This document shows positions 1 to 9,412 of a stretch of 46,015 nucleotides of DNA, piece by piece. Each line of letters opens with the position of its first letter. The first letter of the stretch is position 1. This stretch comes from a virus (taxonomy: Duplodnaviria > Caudoviricetes): IMG/VR virus record IMGVR_UViG_3300032241_002818, positions 1-46,015 of that record; one strand, given 5' to 3'. The notes under the pieces were generated by a model. The model was not told the DNA's origin and did no database searches. It was given only the letters and a program-made list of their open reading frames with translations. A program made the position numbers and the translations under genes.

Positions 1-776
1 ATTTTATCATCACCAAAATTGGACATAATAAAATGATAAGTATCATCATAACTATTATCTTTATATAAAAGATTATATAATTCAAGTTTAACTTTATTTG
101 ATATTGCACTAGATTTTATATTTACATCATTTGTTAATAAAAAATCTTGTGTTTCTACTAATATTTTTCTAAAATCTGGAAATTCTTTATTAACAATTGA
201 AATTAAATTTTCCTTTAATATTTCCTTTTTTTCCTTTGGTAATATTGTATCATTTATGCGTTTAAATATCTCTATCTTTAAATATTTTTCTTCCTCTGGA
301 TCTCTACAATCAAAATTTATAAGTTTTATTCTAGATTTAAGTCCCCCAAATATTTTCTCAATATGATTTGTTGATAAAATAAACCTAACACCTTTGTTAT
401 TATATTTTTCAATAAATGCTTTGAATGCATCTTGGTATTGTGGTGAAACTCTCTCAAATTCATCTAAGAAAACATATTTTATATCAGAATCCACTTCAAA
501 TATTGGTTGTGTTTTACAAAATAATGATATTTCATCTCTTAAATAGTCAATAGATGTTTCTTCTGAACAATTGACTTCTAGAAATGCTGTCTTTTTTGAA
601 TATTTACCTATTAATATTCTTGCTAAACTAGTTTTACCTGTTCCATAATGACCATGGAATATATAGTGTTGATCAACACCATTTTCAAATCGTTGTCTAA
701 TTCTAGGTAATAATATTATATCTTCAAATGTTTTGGGTCTCCATTTTTCCCAAAGTAATAGATTATTTACTGACAT
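1..776 (-). CDS. Sliding-clamp loader AAA+ subunit (T4 gp44/RFC small subunit-like), runs off the window start
   Basis: Not in the ORF track. Manual translation from ATG at 776 gives MSVNNLLLWEKWRPKTFEDIILLPRIRQRFENGVDQHYIFHGHYGTGKTSLAR: RFC box W-EK-RP, Walker A GxxGTGKT, later FLDEFE Walker B. Confidence 0.9.
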   Translation of the reverse strand, partial: MSVNNLLLWEKWRPKTFEDIILLPRIRQRFENGVDQHYIFHGHYGTGKTSLARILIGKYSKKTAFLEVNCSEETSIDYLRDEISLFCKTQPIFEVDSDIKYVFLDEFERVSPQYQDAFKAFIEKYNNKGVRFILSTNHIEKIFGGLKSRIKLINFDCRDPEEEKYLKIEIFKRINDTILPKEKKEILKENLISIVNKEFPDFRKILVETQDFLLTNDVNIKSSAISNKVKLELYNLLYKDNSYDDTYHFIMSNFGDDK

Positions 777-841
777 ATTAAAATTGTTTGTGTAGATAAT
801 ATATTTAAAAATAGGGGAAAAGTTTATTTAATATATAAAGT

Positions 842-1747
842 ATGATAGGAGAAAGCTACAATTTTGAAGACGTATTTATGAGGGACCTAACCGCCTGCGT
901 TTTGGACACTCTTGAAAATCAAATAAAATGGACAAATAGATTTACATCAGGTGATGTATTTGTTAATGTACCGATTTATTATTCAATGACAGGTGATGAG
1001 AGATATTTACTAGATTCATTTTCAGATGATATAGTATCAGATAGTAGATATGTAGAGTTAAATACAGATCAGATACCAAGAGGTCATTTAACATACACAT
1101 CACTTAACATAAAATCCGATGAATTTGCAAACCCAAATGTGTGGCTCAGAATGGTTGTTGAAAATGAGGAAGAAATGAGGAAGATAATAACTAAAGTTAG
1201 AGCTGTTCCTGTTTCAGTAACTTATGAATTGACAATATTACTTTCAAGTGAAATAGATTCTTTTAAATGTACACAAGCATTAATGGATACTCTTTGGCTA
1301 TATAGATTTATGTATTTTGAATATAATTTCATGAATATAGATGCTGTTATAATAATGCCTGATAATAATCAAATAGAAATGCAAAGAGAAAAGAATTTAG
1401 AAAGTGATAATAATATCAGACTAAAATGCACATTTAATGTTGAAACATATTATCCAGCATATAGAAGTGATAAAGTTAATGGTGTTGGGTATCCTAGAGA
1501 TTATGGATCAGGTATGAAAGATCAAAATGGATATAGCTTCAAGGGATCTGTATCTGATTATTTCAATCAGCCTGATATGGGTGTATATGGACAAACTGGT
1601 AGTTTTTATAATACGAGTGGGATTGTCACTGGTTCTGATTTTTCTGGATCAAGTGCAAGTCCTGATTATGAAATGGTTATGCCAAAAAGATCAAAATGGT
1701 TTGATAACATACTACGAGCTAGAGAACGTAATAATGGAAGTAAATAA
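842..1747 (+). CDS. Probable tail terminator/tail completion protein (T4 gp15-like)
   Basis: VPIYY, IPRG and AVPVSVTYELTI segments resemble gp15-type proteins. Late promoter motif directly upstream; structural-gene context. Confidence 0.55.
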   Translation: MIGESYNFEDVFMRDLTACVLDTLENQIKWTNRFTSGDVFVNVPIYYSMTGDERYLLDSFSDDIVSDSRYVELNTDQIPRGHLTYTSLNIKSDEFANPNVWLRMVVENEEEMRKIITKVRAVPVSVTYELTILLSSEIDSFKCTQALMDTLWLYRFMYFEYNFMNIDAVIIMPDNNQIEMQREKNLESDNNIRLKCTFNVETYYPAYRSDKVNGVGYPRDYGSGMKDQNGYSFKGSVSDYFNQPDMGVYGQTGSFYNTSGIVTGSDFSGSSASPDYEMVMPKRSKWFDNILRARERNNGSK

Positions 1748-1812
1748 ATGGAAAAAAATGGGTTTTTTCTATTAATATATACTATTATAAAATAAAAAAA
1801 AATACTTTAAAT

Positions 1813-3096
1813 ATGAAGAATCTTAAACTTGAATTGTTTAACTTTAAAAAGAACCTTTCTCTTGACCAAGAAGAAGTTTCTGGAATAGTTGAAGGGCACA
1901 TGAATGCTTGTAATCAAGCTTCTGAGAAGGCTATTATACTTTCATTAAATGAAAGACTTAAAGCTTATACCTATGATAATGACGTAAAAACTCTATTAGA
2001 GAGTTTAAACGATGATATGAAAAATAATGAATTATTATATGAATTGAAAAACTTATATAATGTTCTTAATACTAAAAATAGTGGTGAGATATATAGACAA
2101 CCAATTAATGTTTTATTACAAACTATTAATTTAGAAACAGATCAAGATAGAATGGCTAGAGTTCTTAATGAATTGGCAATTTATGATTGGGTTCCTGAAA
2201 TTAAATTATTTGTACACAATTTAACAAAATCACCTGAGCAAAGAAGTAATTTACTTAGTGGTGGTAAAGGTGAATCTATTTTCACAATTGTTGAGCAAGT
2301 GGAAGATGGTCATATTGCACTTGTTAAAGATTCTTGGTTCAATTTAAAGGAAGATTTAATTGAAAAAACACTTTTAGAAGATCATATCAAAAACCCAGAA
2401 GATTTACAAACACTTAGAATGTTGGAAACAGCTATGAAATATGCTACTATTTCTGAGGATAGAATTAATTTTAGAATTTCTGAGTATTTAACAATTGGTT
2501 TAGGTGTTGGTAAAAAAGGAGGTTATTATATTAACGAAGATGAAATGAATGAAGAAACTACATTAGAGAGTTTATTTAATTCACCAATAGTTCCTATTAT
2601 TAACAAAAACTTTTATCCTATTTTATTAGAGGTTTCTAAAAACTTAGATAAATTTGTTGAATTGGACGTAGTAAAAAGAGTTAATAACTTAATTAATCCA
2701 TATTTAGAGTGTTATGCATTTAATTATAAAAATTCTACATTTTTATATAGATGTGATGAGAGATATGGTAATTCATTCTTTGCTTACCAAAGTGCACTTG
2801 AATTAGTTAATGAAGTTAGAAATGAACTTAACTATGATTTGACCTATTTCTATGAAAATAGATTAGATAAAGAATTAATAACTAAGAGAAAGTTAGAAGA
2901 TAAAGAAAGACAAATCACTTTAAAATTGGAAGATGTTAATTTTAACATTAATAAATTGAAAAGTTCAATTAAAATGATTGGTGAATCAGAAGTTTTATCA
3001 ACAGCTCTTTCTAATTTAGATAAGAGAAGAGAAAATCTTGATGCTGAATTAAATGCTGTTAAAGAACTTAAATATAATGAGAGAATTAAATTATAA
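1813..3096 (+). CDS. Hypothetical late protein with C-terminal coiled coil (probably virion or assembly)
   Basis: 427-aa ORF with strong codon bias, an upstream TAATATATA motif and a downstream terminator. No family recognised. Confidence 0.6.
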   Translation: MKNLKLELFNFKKNLSLDQEEVSGIVEGHMNACNQASEKAIILSLNERLKAYTYDNDVKTLLESLNDDMKNNELLYELKNLYNVLNTKNSGEIYRQPINVLLQTINLETDQDRMARVLNELAIYDWVPEIKLFVHNLTKSPEQRSNLLSGGKGESIFTIVEQVEDGHIALVKDSWFNLKEDLIEKTLLEDHIKNPEDLQTLRMLETAMKYATISEDRINFRISEYLTIGLGVGKKGGYYINEDEMNEETTLESLFNSPIVPIINKNFYPILLEVSKNLDKFVELDVVKRVNNLINPYLECYAFNYKNSTFLYRCDERYGNSFFAYQSALELVNEVRNELNYDLTYFYENRLDKELITKRKLEDKERQITLKLEDVNFNINKLKSSIKMIGESEVLSTALSNLDKRRENLDAELNAVKELKYNERIKL

Positions 3097-3111
3097 TTTA
3101 TATTAACAATG

Positions 3112-3146
3112 AAAAAAGGACTTCTATTATGGAAGTCCTTTTTTTT
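3112..3146 (+). terminator. Rho-independent terminator
   Basis: AAAAAGGACTTC-loop-GAAGTCCTTTTTTTT stem with U-tract. Confidence 0.85.
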
Positions 3147-3225
3147 GTTTAAACTTTTTGAAATAATATATATATAACATGAAAGCCTAATCATTTATTA
3201 GGTTTTAAAAAATTAATTAATATGG

Positions 3226-3591
3226 ATGTATCTTAATAATCGTGAATTATATGTAGAATTAGTAATAAGTAAAGCACAGGGTAAATTAACAAGACCTGCA
3301 CAAAAAATGCTAGAACTCTTAGCAAAAAAAACAATCAAAAAAATGAGATATTGGTCTAATGATGATAAATTGGATTGTTATCAAACCGGACTATTATATA
3401 TGTTCCAAAATTGGTACAATTTTAATGAGGAAAAATCAATAAATGCGTTTGCATATTTCACTGAAATATTTAAACGAGGCATTGCGTCCGGGCATAACCA
3501 ACTACATAAGAAAAAAGGTGATAATGACCATTTAATAAAGCTTATATCAATAGAAGGAAGTAATGAGGGGATGGGTTTACATTCATTATAA
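3226..3591 (+). CDS. Late-transcription sigma factor, T4 gp55-like (minimal, 121 aa)
   Basis: YLNNRELY N-terminus and NFNEEKSINAFAYFTEI match the gp55-family F-[DN]-x-x-K-S-x-N-x-F-A-Y-F-T signature. Confidence 0.8.
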   Translation: MYLNNRELYVELVISKAQGKLTRPAQKMLELLAKKTIKKMRYWSNDDKLDCYQTGLLYMFQNWYNFNEEKSINAFAYFTEIFKRGIASGHNQLHKKKGDNDHLIKLISIEGSNEGMGLHSL

Positions 3592-3627
3592 AAATAAACA
3601 AGCAACTCCTCTTTTAATATATATTAA

Positions 3628-5430
3628 ATGATAAAAGAAAAATATGTTTTAATAAAGGGACATCCTAGAAATATCAAATATTATAGTGATCTAGGTTATG
3701 ATATTCAAGTTCGTCAGGAAATTGAGGTGTTAACAACAGACTTAATGAGCGGTTCATCAACTAAAATTACATCTATATGTTCCAATTGTGGGACAGAAAG
3801 TAGTAATACCTTTAAAGATTATTGGATTTATACAAATGGTTTGGTGAATAAATTTTATTGCATCAAATGTAAGGGCATTAAAACTGAAAAAACTTGTTTA
3901 GATAAATATGGTGTTTCTAATCCGATGAAAAATGATAATGTCAAAAATAAAATTAAACAAAATAATTTAGATAAATATGGAGTTGAGCACACTCTTCAAT
4001 TGGATTTTGTTAAGGACAAAATAAAAAAAACTAACATTGAAAGGTATGGTTTTGAAAATCCCTTTTCAAATGATGATATTAAAGAAAAAATAAAAAAAAC
4101 TAATATTGAAAATTTGGGTTGCGAATATTCATCACAATCCAAAGATGTTAAAGATAAAATAAAGGAAAGTAATTTAAATAAATTCGGTTTTACATCATAT
4201 TCCAAAACAGAAGATTATAGGAAAAAAGTAAAGGAAACATCTTTGATTAAATATGGTGTTGATCATTATTCTAAGACAGGTGAATATAAGAATTTAACAA
4301 AAGAAACGTGTTTATATAAATATGGTGTTGATCATTATTCCAAAACAGAAGAAAGTAAAAAAAATACAAAGATATTTAGAGAAAGAAACACTTGGCGAAA
4401 ATTTTATAATCTATTAAGTGATGAATATAATATCATATCATATAAAGATGAATTTTTTAATATAAACCATCTTAAATGTGGTACAGATTTTGAAATATCA
4501 AAATCTCTATTAACGGCTAGATATAAATTAAAAAATATTTTATGTACTAAATGTAATCCAATTGGTGTTCATTTTTCATCAATAGAAAAAGAAGTAACTA
4601 ATTTTTTAGATGAATATGGTATTGAATATGTTCATAGTGATCGTGATATATTAAATGGTAAAGAATTGGATATATACATACCTAAATATAATTTGGCATT
4701 AGAAATAAATGGTTTGTTCTGGCACTCCGAATTGTATAAAGGTCAAAAATACCACTTAATTAAAACATTATTATGTCGTGAAAGAAATATACATCTTATT
4801 CATATATGGGAAGATGATTGGAAATTAAAAAGTGATATATTAAAATCAATTATTTTAAATAAAATAGGATTATTAGATAATAAAATTTGGGCTCGGAAGT
4901 GTGTTATTTCTGAAGTTAATAGTAGTGATGCTAGAAAATTTTTAGATGAGAATCATATACAAGGATTTTCAAGTTCATCTATCAAATTGGGGTTATATTA
5001 TAATAATGAGCTTGTTAGTTTAATGACATTTGGCTGGAGAATGACAAATGGTAAAAGAGAATATGAATTAATACGTTTTTGTAATAAGAAAGGTTATATA
5101 ATAAATGGTGCATCTTCAAAACTTTTCAAACATTTCATAAATAACTATCAAATAGATGAAATAATATCCTATTCTGATGTTTCAATGTTTGATGGTAATA
5201 TGTACGATATGTTAGGATTTGAAAAGGTTTCTATATCTAAACCAAATTATTTCTGGGTGGTTAATTCAGTTAGAAGACATAGGTATAATTTTTCAAAAAA
5301 GAAATTAGTTAATATGGGTTATGATCCTAATAAAACTGAGGTTGAAATTATGACAGAACTTGGTTATTATAGAATATTCTCTTGTGGTCAGGAAAAGTGG
5401 GTTTGGAAATCCCCAAATTATATTCAATAA
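3628..5430 (+). CDS. Free-standing homing-endonuclease-like protein (Zn ribbon, KYGV repeats, PD-(D/E)xK/Vsr-like nuclease, C-terminal Hef-like domain)
   Basis: CxxC pairs; repeated T-x3-KYGVDHYSK units; ELDIYIP..LALEINGLFWHS..IHIWEDDW nuclease motif; FLDENHIQG..ELIRFC C-domain. Paralogous to 13941..15563 and 19723..21273. Confidence 0.7.
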   Translation: MIKEKYVLIKGHPRNIKYYSDLGYDIQVRQEIEVLTTDLMSGSSTKITSICSNCGTESSNTFKDYWIYTNGLVNKFYCIKCKGIKTEKTCLDKYGVSNPMKNDNVKNKIKQNNLDKYGVEHTLQLDFVKDKIKKTNIERYGFENPFSNDDIKEKIKKTNIENLGCEYSSQSKDVKDKIKESNLNKFGFTSYSKTEDYRKKVKETSLIKYGVDHYSKTGEYKNLTKETCLYKYGVDHYSKTEESKKNTKIFRERNTWRKFYNLLSDEYNIISYKDEFFNINHLKCGTDFEISKSLLTARYKLKNILCTKCNPIGVHFSSIEKEVTNFLDEYGIEYVHSDRDILNGKELDIYIPKYNLALEINGLFWHSELYKGQKYHLIKTLLCRERNIHLIHIWEDDWKLKSDILKSIILNKIGLLDNKIWARKCVISEVNSSDARKFLDENHIQGFSSSSIKLGLYYNNELVSLMTFGWRMTNGKREYELIRFCNKKGYIINGASSKLFKHFINNYQIDEIISYSDVSMFDGNMYDMLGFEKVSISKPNYFWVVNSVRRHRYNFSKKKLVNMGYDPNKTEVEIMTELGYYRIFSCGQEKWVWKSPNYIQ

Positions 5431-5458
5431 AAAACCCACTTATTCAAGTGGGTTTTTT
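5429..5458. terminator. Bidirectional intrinsic terminator between convergent genes
   Basis: AAAAAACCCACTT-ATTC-AAGTGGGTTTTTT. Confidence 0.85.
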
Positions 5459-5463
5459 AATTT

Positions 5464-6531
5464 TTAATTTTCTTCTAAAATCTCTACATCTTGTAGAATA
5501 GTTCTGACCATTCTATCAACAATCAAGTATGGATCACCATTAGATGCTGGTCTTCTATCTTCAATATAACCAATTGCGTTAGGATCATTAATAGATGAAG
5601 GGATTCTAATAGATTTAGTTCTATCACCAATACCCCAACCAAAATCTTTAATAGATGATGTTTCATTTGCACCAGTTAATCTAGCATCGTTGTTTTCTCC
5701 ATACACTGCAATATGTTCAGCATGTGTTTTTTCTAATTTTTCACACATTTCAATTGCAATCTCTTTCTTATTAACTTTATCTTCTCTAATAGTTTTTGTA
5801 GAAAAGTTAACGTGCATCCCAGAACCATTCCAATTATTACCTTTAAATGGTTTAGGATCTAATTCAATTCTATAATCATATTTTTCACTTAATCTATGTA
5901 AGATATATCGTGATACCCATAATTGATCTGCTCCACCTTCTGCTGTAACAGTCCCAATTTGATATTCCCACTGTCCTAGTGCTACCTCTGCATTGATACC
6001 ACCAATTGCTAATCCAGCTTTAATACATAAGTCTGTGTGTTCCTCAACAAATTCTCTACCTGCAATATTATTTGAACCAACTGAGCAATAATAATCACCT
6101 TGTTCTCTTGGTTCACCTTCTTTTGGCCAACCTAATGGTTTATTAGTTTTATTATCAAAGATAAAGTATTCCTGCTCCCAACCATAGTTTGTCTCATCAT
6201 CGTATTTTTCTAATGTTTCAACCATTTTAGCTCTTGTATTTGTTGAGTGTGGTGTACCATCTGTATTATATACTTCACATAAAACAATAATGGAATTATT
6301 TGTAAATGGATTTAAAAAATAATTTTTTGGATATAATAGTAATTCTGATTTTGAAGTTTCTGCTTGATAAGTGGATGATCCATCAAAATTCCAAATAGGT
6401 GCTGATATACCACCATTCCTGAATACTGATAATAAATCACTTGTTGGTAAGTCTGATTTAATAATTTTTGTTTTACTTCTGATTTGCTGAGTTTTTGACC
6501 CATCTAACCAAATATATTCTAATTTTATCAT
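5464..6531 (-). CDS. glnII: Glutamine synthetase type II
   Basis: KLEYIWLDG, RSKT, WNFDGSST, EQEY, QGDYYC, INAEVALGQWEYQIG, WNGSGMHVNFS, RLTGANET and YIEDRRPASNGDPY motifs. Confidence 0.95.
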   Translation of the reverse strand: MIKLEYIWLDGSKTQQIRSKTKIIKSDLPTSDLLSVFRNGGISAPIWNFDGSSTYQAETSKSELLLYPKNYFLNPFTNNSIIVLCEVYNTDGTPHSTNTRAKMVETLEKYDDETNYGWEQEYFIFDNKTNKPLGWPKEGEPREQGDYYCSVGSNNIAGREFVEEHTDLCIKAGLAIGGINAEVALGQWEYQIGTVTAEGGADQLWVSRYILHRLSEKYDYRIELDPKPFKGNNWNGSGMHVNFSTKTIREDKVNKKEIAIEMCEKLEKTHAEHIAVYGENNDARLTGANETSSIKDFGWGIGDRTKSIRIPSSINDPNAIGYIEDRRPASNGDPYLIVDRMVRTILQDVEILEEN

Positions 6532-6693
6532 AAGTTATATTATTTTTAATGTATTTATTAAAAAAAAGTGTCTTTGTTTTATAAAAGGTATTAAAAAAAT
6601 AGGGGGTATTTAAAAAAATATTATTTTATGTATAAAAATGGAATAAAAACTTTTTAATGTATTCATTATATAAAAAATATAAAATTAAATGAC

Positions 6694-6990
6694 ATGAATA
6701 AAGTTTTTTTACAATTATGGGAAGAATCGGAAAGGGGTTGGGGGACTAGACCTGACGGATGTTCTTTACATATTGATAATATTGAATTAGATAGATATGT
6801 AGATAATATCTATTCAGATAGAGGAGATGATATCCCTGATGAATATGATAGAACGATAGGTGGCTCTATTGAGGCATTTGTTGATGATGAACTATTTGAT
6901 AAGGTTATAGTTTCTAAAAACATAAGAATATCACAAAATTCCTTTAATAATCTTATTTTAATGAATGAATTAATTATAAAAAATCCATGA
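6694..6990 (+). CDS. Hypothetical phage protein (WEESERGWGxRPDG motif)
   Basis: 98-aa ORF with an upstream AAAC-N16-TATATA motif. Confidence 0.65.
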   Translation: MNKVFLQLWEESERGWGTRPDGCSLHIDNIELDRYVDNIYSDRGDDIPDEYDRTIGGSIEAFVDDELFDKVIVSKNIRISQNSFNNLILMNELIIKNP

Positions 6991-7334
6991 TAACTATATT
7001 TTATTTATTTATATTCTTATTAACATTAAATGAAATTTATTATATCCTGAATAGAAGAAAATTGGATATTCTAGTAAAAAATAAACAAATAGATAATGTT
7101 AGAATAATGGATATTATTCCATATCTATTAAAGGTTTGTTCCTATGTAATACCAATAATAGGTCTGTTTAGTTCTTTTAAAGAATATTTTATAACATTTA
7201 TAATTATAAATTTATTTAGATTTTTAATCTATCATTTAAATAATAGATTATATCACATATATATCTATATAGTACCAATAGTTAATATAATAATTTATTT
7301 AATAATATTATTTAATAAATTTTTACTTTCCTAA
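6987..7334 (+). CDS. Hypothetical membrane protein
   Basis: Three to four hydrophobic segments; ATGA overlap with the upstream gene. Confidence 0.6.
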   Translation: MITIFYLFIFLLTLNEIYYILNRRKLDILVKNKQIDNVRIMDIIPYLLKVCSYVIPIIGLFSSFKEYFITFIIINLFRFLIYHLNNRLYHIYIYIVPIVNIIIYLIILFNKFLLS

Positions 7335-7841
7335 ATGTTTATCTGTTATAATTATAAATTTAAACCCTTTCATATTACACCACTTTATCATTGTTTCCCA
7401 TTTTGATTTATTTCTATAAGCTTCCTTTAGTGAATATTCAAAGTTTTTTAATTTTTTAAGTCCATTTTCAGGCACTTGTAATTTACCTTCATTCAATGAT
7501 AGTACCATTTCATAATCCTTTTGTGGTTTTACTTCAACTACTACATCTTTAATTTCACCACTTTGTTCTTTTATTTTATAGTAGAAATCTGGGTAATATC
7601 TATGATTTTTAATTTTAGCATCACCATCTATAAAATGTGTCATTTGATATGGTATTTCTAAATTCTCACAACCCCATAAAATAATATTTTCATTATTATC
7701 CAACCAAACCATAAATTTTTTCTCTAATCCTGATCTATAATATAAACCACCTTCATTATTTAATTTATAGACTTTGTCTTTGTTTTTTGGAATAAAATTA
7801 CCTTGATGGTACTTTTTATTATTTGGCTTTGAATTCATCAT
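7323..7841 (-). CDS. Head completion nuclease (T4 gp4-like, TnsA-N fold)
   Basis: YHQGNFIPKNKDK, YRSGLEKKFMVWLD, IPY, HRYYPDF, VEVKP, NKSKW, FIIITD match the gp4 family pattern. Confidence 0.85.
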   Translation of the reverse strand: MMNSKPNNKKYHQGNFIPKNKDKVYKLNNEGGLYYRSGLEKKFMVWLDNNENIILWGCENLEIPYQMTHFIDGDAKIKNHRYYPDFYYKIKEQSGEIKDVVVEVKPQKDYEMVLSLNEGKLQVPENGLKKLKNFEYSLKEAYRNKSKWETMIKWCNMKGFKFIIITDKHLGK

Positions 7842-7888
7842 AATATTTCATTTATTTTCTTTTATATATAAAGAAAATTATTTATAAA

Positions 7889-8587
7889 ATGGGACATCTT
7901 ACAGAATTGGTTAAATTGGACTTATTGGTATATGGTAATAATGAAGTTGATAATTTCAAAAATAATTCATTATTCTTCTATCAAAAATATCAAAAAAGTG
8001 ATGATAGTGTAAAAGCGATAAAATTAACAGATATTAAACCAGGTGGTTTTTACTTCTTCCATTATCTTGATGATTCTAATTGGATTAAATATTCACCTGT
8101 ATTTGTTATTGATTTTAAAAAATTTGATAACCAAATAGTTCTATTTTGTGTTAATTTAAATTTTATACCTCTAAAAGTTAGAGTTATGCTTTTTGATCCT
8201 TATATAAAAGAGCAAGATTTTGATAAAAAGAATTTCTTTCTAAAGGTTAATTATGAAACTATGTATAAAGTTTTAAAAAAATATTCATTCCAATATGCAT
8301 TGATGGAATATAATTTAACACAAGTTAAAATAGTCCATAGAATAGAAATTGATATGCTACCTAGGTTTTTATATTCCCAGCACCCACAAGCAAAATATGA
8401 CCCGAAAAAACTTATGGAAATATGGAATAAGAAATTTTCTGAACAAGATGCAAGAGATAAGGAAATGATGCTATCTGATATAAAAGAATTTTATGATACT
8501 AATAAAGAAATATCTGATAAATATGATCTTTTAAAGGGACATATTGATAGATTACAAAAATCCGCAAAAAAATATGGTGGTAAATAG
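7889..8587 (+). CDS. DNA end protector-like protein (T4 gp2-like)
   Basis: PGGFYFFHY..PVFVI..VNLNFIPLKVR resembles gp2 G-x-x-Y-x-F-x-Y..N-L-H-Y-L-P..R. Adjacent to the gp4-like gene. Confidence 0.55.
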   Translation: MGHLTELVKLDLLVYGNNEVDNFKNNSLFFYQKYQKSDDSVKAIKLTDIKPGGFYFFHYLDDSNWIKYSPVFVIDFKKFDNQIVLFCVNLNFIPLKVRVMLFDPYIKEQDFDKKNFFLKVNYETMYKVLKKYSFQYALMEYNLTQVKIVHRIEIDMLPRFLYSQHPQAKYDPKKLMEIWNKKFSEQDARDKEMMLSDIKEFYDTNKEISDKYDLLKGHIDRLQKSAKKYGGK

Positions 8588-8621
8588 TTTTTTTTTATTA
8601 TATTTGTATAAACAAACTTAA

Positions 8622-9098
8622 TTGAACAAAACCATGAATTACACAACTTACATCTCAGCAGCTGAAAAGTTAGCAACTTTTGGTCAAAAAAATAAATCAA
8701 TGGCAATTATTAAACATGCCATTGGTATGGAAGAGCGAAAAATAAAAGAATTAGAATTTGATATTTTAGTTGGTGAAGTAAAACCATTTAATGGTGCAAA
8801 GTTTTTATCATCCAGAGTAATTAGAGAGAAAGAGGGAATAACTATTATATTCATATTTACTTCTGGTGATCCATTATTACCTAATTCTAATACACATAGA
8901 ATAAATGTGACTATCAATAAAGATGGTAGCATAAAATGGCACGATGGAAATTTATTTCTTGATAGAAAGTCTGTTAAAAAATTTGATAATCTAGTTAAAC
9001 ATTTATTCAACTACCAAAAGGATATGGTAAAAGTTTTATCAGATTTATCACTATCCAAAGATGAATTGAATGTTATTACCAGAACATTTTATATATAA
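8622..9098 (+). CDS. Hypothetical protein
   Basis: 158-aa ORF consistent with the gene-dense + strand. Confidence 0.6.
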   Translation: MNKTMNYTTYISAAEKLATFGQKNKSMAIIKHAIGMEERKIKELEFDILVGEVKPFNGAKFLSSRVIREKEGITIIFIFTSGDPLLPNSNTHRINVTINKDGSIKWHDGNLFLDRKSVKKFDNLVKHLFNYQKDMVKVLSDLSLSKDELNVITRTFYI

Positions 9099-9330
9099 TA
9101 TTGTGGAATTTGATTATAATATTTTATTTGAATTCCTATCAGAGGAAGATAAAAAATCATTTATGGTTTGGGATAATTGCATATTAAATATGGGTGGCGA
9201 TTCTATAGAAGTGGTTTATAGAGCACATAGAGCACCTTTTTTCAAAAGGTGCTTAATTCCTTTGATTGAATATGAATTGAAGTTAAAGGAAAAAAATCGG
9301 AACGATAAGTTGAACGAATTAGGAATATAG
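9070..9330 (+). CDS. Small hypothetical protein with C-terminal RxxK[LI]xx[LI] motif
   Basis: Ends KNRNDKLNELGI*. The true start may be slightly downstream (GTG near 9103). Confidence 0.6.
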   Translation: MLLPEHFIYNIVEFDYNILFEFLSEEDKKSFMVWDNCILNMGGDSIEVVYRAHRAPFFKRCLIPLIEYELKLKEKNRNDKLNELGI

Positions 9331-9359
9331 AAAAGGGGGCATTAAGCCTCTTTTTTTTG
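9331..9359 (+). terminator. Intrinsic terminator
   Basis: AAAAGGGGGC-ATTAA-GCCTCTTTTTTTT. Confidence 0.7.
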
Positions 9360-9412
9360 TTTTGGGGGTAAATGTTTTTTTATATATACATTAAATTTTA
9401 AAAAAAAAATTA

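Noticed and set aside
6580-6625. Short direct repeat GGTATT(T)AAAAAAATA x2 upstream of glnII
   Set aside because: Two low-complexity copies in AT-rich DNA; not enough to call an operator.
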